A DNA stretch of 64,000 nt from Spirochaetia bacterium (GTDB lineage: Bacteria; Spirochaetota; Spirochaetia; DSM-2461), in NCBI GenBank assembly GCA_963666985.2, contig CAXXIA010000002.1, forward strand, positions 1,248,001 to 1,312,000, given 5' to 3'. Shown here piece by piece: positions 58,544 to 64,000 of this stretch (positions are counted from its first letter, which is position 1; each line of letters begins with the position of its first letter). The notes under the pieces were generated by a model. That model ran no database searches and had not been told where the DNA came from. It saw nothing but the letters and a program-made list of their open reading frames with translations. A program made the position numbers and the translations under genes.

Positions 58544-60256
58544 TTGAGTTCACGGAATCCCCTGCCGATGATGAAAAAGAGAATAGGAATGCCGATGCTG
58601 ATACCAATTTTAAATCCGGAAAGCCGCTTCAAAGTCGTCTGGGAAGTGTACATCCTCTTTATGACCGTCGCGATTACGATACTGGCCCCTTTGATGGTCG
58701 TATTTGATATAGCGCTCTCACCCGCTTTATGGACCTTCGATATCATCGTTACGCTCACCTTTGCCGTTGATATCGTTATTCAGTTTCATACGGGTTTCCT
58801 GGTGCGTCAGGAACTGGTGACCGACAGAAAAGCCATTGCCCGCCGCTATATCAAAGGATGGTTTTTCCTGGATTTGATTGCGACGCTGCCGTTCACTTGG
58901 ATTTTTTCCTCAAGCCGCTTCGCGGCTTTGAACCGCATCTTCCGCTTTTTCAGACTGGCACGGCTCTTTAAGCTGTTCAGCAGTTCAAAAACCCTGAACC
59001 GGGCCACCAAGCTGAATTTCATAAATCCCGCTTTTCTGCGCCTTGTCATGCTGGTTTTCTGGATTCTCGTAGCGGCTCACCTTATCGCCTGCGGATGGAT
59101 TTTCATCGGCGGAGCCGGGCATTTCTCCGCCGATACGGAGGTTTCCAACGGAGAAATTTACCTGGAAGCTTTCTACTGGACAATCACCACGCTGACCACG
59201 ATCGGTTACGGCGACATCACTCCCGAGGAACCCGTGCAGTATGTTTATGTCATCATCATCATGCTGACCGGAGCGGCCATTTACGGTTTCATCATCGGCA
59301 ACATCGCCAATATCATCGCCAATATCGACGTGGCGAAAAGCCAATTCCGTGAAAGAGTGGAAAACGTCGACACCTTCCTGAAATACAGGAACATCCCTTC
59401 GGAGCTTCAGAAACGCATCCATGATTATTACGACTACCTCTGGGAAAGCCGGCGCGGTTATGAAGAATCAAACCTGCTCCAGGATTTACCGCAATCTTTG
59501 AAAACTCAAGTATCGCTCTTTCTGAACCAGGATATCATTGAGAAAGTCCCCATCTTTAAGGATGCCTCCCGGGAATTCATACGGGACGTTATTTTGAACC
59601 TGAAACCCGTTATTTATACGCCTCAAGACGCCATCGTTACCTTCGGAGAAATCGGGTACGAAATGTACTTTATCAGCCGGGGTGAAGTCGACGTAACCAA
59701 CGAAGCGGGAACCGTAACCTATGCCACGCTCACATCCGGTCAATTTTTCGGAGAAATCGCCCTGCTCCTCAGCACACCGCGAACCGCGACCGTGAAGGCA
59801 CGGGTTTATTGCGATCTCTACGTCCTGGACAAGGATACATTCGACAACATCCTTCAGCGCTATCCCAAATTCGCCAAAACCGTGGAAGACTTGGCCGAAA
59901 CTCGAAGACAAGAACTCGGACTGGAAAAGAAAGAGGAAGACTATGTGGAAATCGTCGAAGACGGAACCATGGAACCTTCCGGTCCGGTTCCCGAAGCTCC
60001 GCAAACGCCGACATGTCAGATTCTGGAAGATCAGGTGGTAAGAATCAGCTGGCTTCCCGTACAGGGCGCCCAGAGCTACGAAATCATCCGCAGAAGTTCC
60101 GATGAAGAAAAATGGAAAAGACTGAGCGCGTCGCTGCGAAACCCGGTTTATCTCGACCTCCACGCGCCGGCCGGAGAAATCGTCTACAGGATTCGAGCGA
60201 ACAACCGCCACGGAAGCGGCAAATGGAGTCCTTCTCTTTCATTGGAGAATCCGTAA
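58544..60256 (+). CDS. Cyclic nucleotide-gated K+ channel (SthK-like) with C-terminal fibronectin type III domain
   Basis: S1-S6 with Arg-rich S4, TTIGYGD filter, C-linker YLWESRRGYEE, CNBD FFGEIAL...PRTATV; true start may be 58568-58595. Confidence 0.93.
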   Translation: MSSRNPLPMMKKRIGMPMLIPILNPESRFKVVWEVYILFMTVAITILAPLMVVFDIALSPALWTFDIIVTLTFAVDIVIQFHTGFLVRQELVTDRKAIARRYIKGWFFLDLIATLPFTWIFSSSRFAALNRIFRFFRLARLFKLFSSSKTLNRATKLNFINPAFLRLVMLVFWILVAAHLIACGWIFIGGAGHFSADTEVSNGEIYLEAFYWTITTLTTIGYGDITPEEPVQYVYVIIIMLTGAAIYGFIIGNIANIIANIDVAKSQFRERVENVDTFLKYRNIPSELQKRIHDYYDYLWESRRGYEESNLLQDLPQSLKTQVSLFLNQDIIEKVPIFKDASREFIRDVILNLKPVIYTPQDAIVTFGEIGYEMYFISRGEVDVTNEAGTVTYATLTSGQFFGEIALLLSTPRTATVKARVYCDLYVLDKDTFDNILQRYPKFAKTVEDLAETRRQELGLEKKEEDYVEIVEDGTMEPSGPVPEAPQTPTCQILEDQVVRISWLPVQGAQSYEIIRRSSDEEKWKRLSASLRNPVYLDLHAPAGEIVYRIRANNRHGSGKWSPSLSLENP

Positions 60257-60293
60257 AAGAACACCGTTTTGGCTGAAGTCGGGAGATTTCCAG

Positions 60294-61262
60294 TCAGGCT
60301 CTTCTTTTCGCAAGAATGCCGGCAATACGGGAAACGGCGGCGGAGAACGGACAATCCGGATCGGACACCGTTACGGGGACTTTGGAGAACATCGAATGCC
60401 TCACGGCCGGATCGTTCGGAACCGAACCCAGATGTCCGAGACGGAATCCCAGGCTCTTTTGCGATAAGGAAACCAAGTTGCGCCAAAATCCGGCTTCATT
60501 CTCATTTCTATAGTCGTTCAGGATTACTTCGAATCGCATGGCTTCCACGAGAGTTCGGGCTTTTCCGCCCGCTCCCGGGAATTGAACATCGAGAGCATCA
60601 AGCATCGCCAGATCCGCTCCCTCGCCTTGATTCCGCGCGTTATAGGCCCATTCCCCGATCATATCCCGTTCCGGAGTTTGAGACGGAAAAAGTCGGAAGA
60701 GCAGACGGTAATAGACATTCTTAAGAAAAGAATACGCATTCACCATGGCCGTTGGTTCCGGTGTTGTAACGATAATCCCGCTCCGGGAAGAAAGAAAGAA
60801 ATCAATCGTATTGTACGAAGAGCCCGCCCCGAGATCGATGAGCGTGATATCGGCCGGAAGCGCCGCGAGCTCTCCGAGAATCTTTTTCTTAAACCACCAG
60901 GGGATGTTGGCCGTACCGGGAAGAAGGGCGTCTCCGGCGATCAGGCTTAAACCGGGATATGATGTTTCAACAAGAAGTTCCTCCAATCGATTCACGCCCC
61001 GATGAGCATAACCGCCGATACCCATGCGGCTGTTCTTCATTCCCACCAGAGAATGAAGGTTGGAAGCTCCCAAATCAAGATCGGCCAAGACGACTTTCCG
61101 CCCCAAAGCGGCCAGCGCAACGCCGAGATTCGCCGTCAGGACCGTTTTACCGACACCGCCTTTCCCGCCGGCCACCGGCACAAGAACATTTCGGATGTTG
61201 TCGTTTTTCCCGGCAAGAACGGATTGGAGTTTCTCGGGCATTGATTCTGTCAGGGATATCAT
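60294..61262 (-). CDS. MinD/FlhG-family P-loop ATPase
   Basis: GKGGVGKT, DLDLG..NL, DLGAG, TPEPT...NAY. Confidence 0.88.
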   Translation of the reverse strand: MISLTESMPEKLQSVLAGKNDNIRNVLVPVAGGKGGVGKTVLTANLGVALAALGRKVVLADLDLGASNLHSLVGMKNSRMGIGGYAHRGVNRLEELLVETSYPGLSLIAGDALLPGTANIPWWFKKKILGELAALPADITLIDLGAGSSYNTIDFFLSSRSGIIVTTPEPTAMVNAYSFLKNVYYRLLFRLFPSQTPERDMIGEWAYNARNQGEGADLAMLDALDVQFPGAGGKARTLVEAMRFEVILNDYRNENEAGFWRNLVSLSQKSLGFRLGHLGSVPNDPAVRHSMFSKVPVTVSDPDCPFSAAVSRIAGILAKRRA

Positions 61263-61479
61263 GAAATCCTCCGGGAGTTCGCGACAACGGACGTTGAAAC
61301 CCGGCCGTTCCCGACGGCGGACATCAAATCCGATTCCGCTTTACACCGTTAAGTATAGCCGAGGAGATCCGAATCCGGTACCGGGGCCGCGGTGCAACCC
61401 GGTTATACCGATATTCACAAACCCGTTAAGCCGAAAGAGCGGCCCCCAAGTCTTTCCCGAAACCGCCTTATTCCGCTCC

Positions 61480-64000
61480 TCAGGCGTACGAGGGTTCCCT
61501 TTCCTCCGCGGCAGGAGAAGAGAAACGTTCGGGAACGTGAATCAAATCCCGTGGTTTGGAACCGTTGGCCGGTCCGACGATTCCCCGCCGTTCCATTTCC
61601 TCCACCAGTCGTGCCGCGCGGTTGTAGCCGATTTTCAGCCGCCGCTGAAGATAGGACGCCGAAGCCTTGCGGGAACTCACCACGATTTCCAGAGCTTTTT
61701 CGTACATGGGATCGTCCGTACCGGCCGATTCCAGCTGAAAATCATCTTCATCCTCGTCGTCGAAGAACATTTCATCGTCCAGGTATTCCGGTTCGCCGAG
61801 AGTTTTCACATGCTCGGCCAGCCTCTCCACTTCCTCTTCGGCCAGGAAGGCTCCCTGCATTCGGGAGGGGAAGGGATCCCAGGCCGAGGTAAAAAGCATG
61901 TCGCCGCGGCCCAGGAGCTTGTCGGCGCCCATGGCGTCGATGATGATGCGGCTGTCGGTTTTCTGGGCCACCATGAAGGCGATGCGGCTCGGAAAGTTGG
62001 CCTTGATAAGACCGGTGATAACATCCACCGACGGACGCTGGGTGGCCAGGACCAGATGGATTCCGACGGCGCGGCTCATGGCCGCCAATCGGGCGACGAT
62101 GCCTTCAAGCTCCTTGCCGCTGGTAGCCATCAAATCGGCGAACTCGTCCACAATCACCACGATATAAGGCAGCGGTTCAGTTGCGAGCTTCCGGTCTTTA
62201 ACACGGCGATTAAAGGTTTTAATGTCGCGCACACCTTGAGTGTCCAGCAAAGAATAACGGCGTTCCATTTCATACAGGCACCACTGGAGGGCCTGAAGCG
62301 CCCTCTTGGGCTCGGTGATAACCGGAGTGAGCAGATGAGGAATATCGTTGTAGAGTTTGAGTTCGACAATCTTGGGATCGACCATGATCATCTTCACTTC
62401 CTGCGGTGTTTTGGAATACAGAACCGATGCGATGAGGGAATTCACGCAGACGGACTTGCCCGCGCCGGTGGCCCCGGCGATGAGCAGATGAGGCGTGCGC
62501 GTCAGATCGATCACCTGATTCCCTCCGCTGATGTCCTTGCCGAGAATAACCGGAATCCCGGCGTCGGATTCCCGGAACTCTTCCGATTCCACCATGGAGC
62601 TGAAAGAAACGATGGCCCTTTTTTTGTTCGGGACTTCGATGCCGATGGCGTGCTTGCCGGGGATGGGAGCGACGATGCGGACACGGCTGGCCGCGAGCCT
62701 GAGGGCGATGTTGTCCTGAAGATTCACGATACTGCTGATCTTCACGCCCGGCGAGGGTAACAGTTCGTACATGGTAATAACGGGCCCGCGGCGGATTCCG
62801 GTAACCTTGGCTTCGATTTTAAATTCCTTGAGGGTCTGCTCCAGAACCTCGGCGCCTCTTTGGGTGTTCTCGTCGATGGATTCGAAATCCGCATCGGGAT
62901 ACTCGGCCAGAACGCCTTCGACGGGAACCTCGTATTTCTTCTTACGGCGCGGTTTGGTTTTGGGCTTTGAAGGGGTTACGATGCCTTTCGGGGAGGTTCC
63001 CTGAGGCGCGAGTTTTTCCGAAATATCGTCGATGTCCCGATCTTCTTCGGGAAGAGTCTCCATCAAGTCCAAAGAATCGTCGTCTTCGTCGAAATCCATT
63101 TCGGAAAAATCGTCCTCTCCCGCCAAGAAAGCGAACGCGGGGTCCGGATCATCGGAAAGAACCTCATCGTATTCTTCCGCATCAGCGGTTTCTTGGATTA
63201 TCCCGCGGGGCGTTTGCGGTATCGGAGTCAGGTCCGAGGGCGGAGGAAACGCGGATGCGATAAGACCGCTATCCTCGAGGATTTCGATATCGTCCGAATC
63301 CTCTTCCGAGGCCGTGCCGTCGGCCGAAGCGGCCGGCGAGCCGCCGGCGGCCGGATAATCTGCGATACAATCGGCGCCGGCGGACGAAGACGCCGCGGCA
63401 TCAGCCGCGCCGCGGACGGCGGGTCCGAAGAGGGTTTTGCGAATCAGATCGGATAATTCGGGATCGGTCGGCGCGGCGGCCGGATGCACCGGCTTCTCGG
63501 GCGGCCTTTGAAACAAATCGGAAGGAACGTCTTCCTCGGCAAAGAGTTCTTCTCCGAGAGGTTCGGGCCGGTCCGGAAACGACGGAAACACCATGGAAGG
63601 TTTATCTTCGAGTGTCGGTTCGTCGTATCCGGCATATTCCGCGTTTTCTTCCGCTTCCCGAAGACCGAGGAAGATTGCCGCGCGGCGCAGATAAGATCCG
63701 ACTTCACCAAGATTGATTAAGCCGTCTTCCGGTTCCCGATAACGGCCCGCAAGTTTAATCATGCCGAGGATTTCCATGGCCAGCACAATAAACAATAAAA
63801 TCGTCGCGGGGATTTGTCCCAAGGCATCTATCAGAATCCGCGAGGCCAGAAGCTCGATGCGGCCGGCGGCCGTCTGAAGAACAAGAGCCGCGGTAAGAAA
63901 AACGATCGGCGAAAGCCAAAGCAGAAGTTTGGTTTTCTTGGGGAAGCGGCCGGTTTTCATTACCGCCCCGCAAATAAAAATCAGCGCGGGCACATAGAGG
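61480..64000 (-). CDS. ftsK: DNA translocase FtsK (reading frame open to window end; N-terminus probably truncated)
   Basis: GPVIT.YE, APIPGK, PHLLIAGATGAGKS, DEFADL, ATQRPS, gamma domain LQRRLKIGYNRAAR. Confidence 0.96.
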   Translation of the reverse strand, partial: LYVPALIFICGAVMKTGRFPKKTKLLLWLSPIVFLTAALVLQTAAGRIELLASRILIDALGQIPATILLFIVLAMEILGMIKLAGRYREPEDGLINLGEVGSYLRRAAIFLGLREAEENAEYAGYDEPTLEDKPSMVFPSFPDRPEPLGEELFAEEDVPSDLFQRPPEKPVHPAAAPTDPELSDLIRKTLFGPAVRGAADAAASSSAGADCIADYPAAGGSPAASADGTASEEDSDDIEILEDSGLIASAFPPPSDLTPIPQTPRGIIQETADAEEYDEVLSDDPDPAFAFLAGEDDFSEMDFDEDDDSLDLMETLPEEDRDIDDISEKLAPQGTSPKGIVTPSKPKTKPRRKKKYEVPVEGVLAEYPDADFESIDENTQRGAEVLEQTLKEFKIEAKVTGIRRGPVITMYELLPSPGVKISSIVNLQDNIALRLAASRVRIVAPIPGKHAIGIEVPNKKRAIVSFSSMVESEEFRESDAGIPVILGKDISGGNQVIDLTRTPHLLIAGATGAGKSVCVNSLIASVLYSKTPQEVKMIMVDPKIVELKLYNDIPHLLTPVITEPKRALQALQWCLYEMERRYSLLDTQGVRDIKTFNRRVKDRKLATEPLPYIVVIVDEFADLMATSGKELEGIVARLAAMSRAVGIHLVLATQRPSVDVITGLIKANFPSRIAFMVAQKTDSRIIIDAMGADKLLGRGDMLFTSAWDPFPSRMQGAFLAEEEVERLAEHVKTLGEPEYLDDEMFFDDEDEDDFQLESAGTDDPMYEKALEIVVSSRKASASYLQRRLKIGYNRAARLVEEMERRGIVGPANGSKPRDLIHVPERFSSPAAEEREPSYA

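Noticed and set aside
61060..62760. 566-aa plus-strand ORF antisense to ftsK
   Set aside because: Classic shadow of a conserved, codon-biased gene.
1..64000. CRISPR array, tRNA/rRNA, prophage, transposase, anti-phage defence operon
   Set aside because: No regularly spaced nucleotide repeats or recognisable RNA genes, and no integrase, transposase or defence motifs in the ORF set; small RNAs could have been missed by eye.

Overview
Gene-dense 64 kb chromosomal window, most likely from a free-living anaerobic spirochaete (Spirochaetaceae-like). This rests on an SthK-type CNG channel, a spirochaete-type FliL domain, an 'FAFANG'-type binding-protein signal peptide and an AroF-PheA fusion. About 52 CDS. 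No rRNA, tRNA, CRISPR array, integrase or intact transposase was recognised. Left end (1-7.8 kb): an accessory catabolic block with a TRAP transporter and an amidohydrolase-2 (putative aromatic-acid decarboxylase), divergent from a cytoplasmic flavoprotein / molybdo-bis-MGD / 4Fe-4S operon. Middle: creD with a ChvI/ChvG-like pair, ung, aroF-pheA, an Hpt-receiver-OppA unit, a long FliL-domain protein, carD, nth, a Gld-like ABC system, a secreted 32-aa repeat protein, a cNMP/bPH2 protein, the nfeD-floA operon, two Na/Pi cotransporter paralogues (one degenerate and coupled to a His-less Fic-like protein), and a ribose-type ABC system with a NarL-type three-component regulator. Right end: a YtrA-controlled SPFH + LolCDE-like + LolA-like + beta-barrel operon, an SthK-like channel carrying an extra FN3 domain, a FlhG/MinD ATPase and ftsK. 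The best candidates for undescribed systems are the Mo-enzyme/decarboxylase/TRAP island, the Fic-like/pseudo-NaPi module and the YtrA-SPFH trans-envelope operon. All family calls come from reading motifs by eye; no database searches were run.
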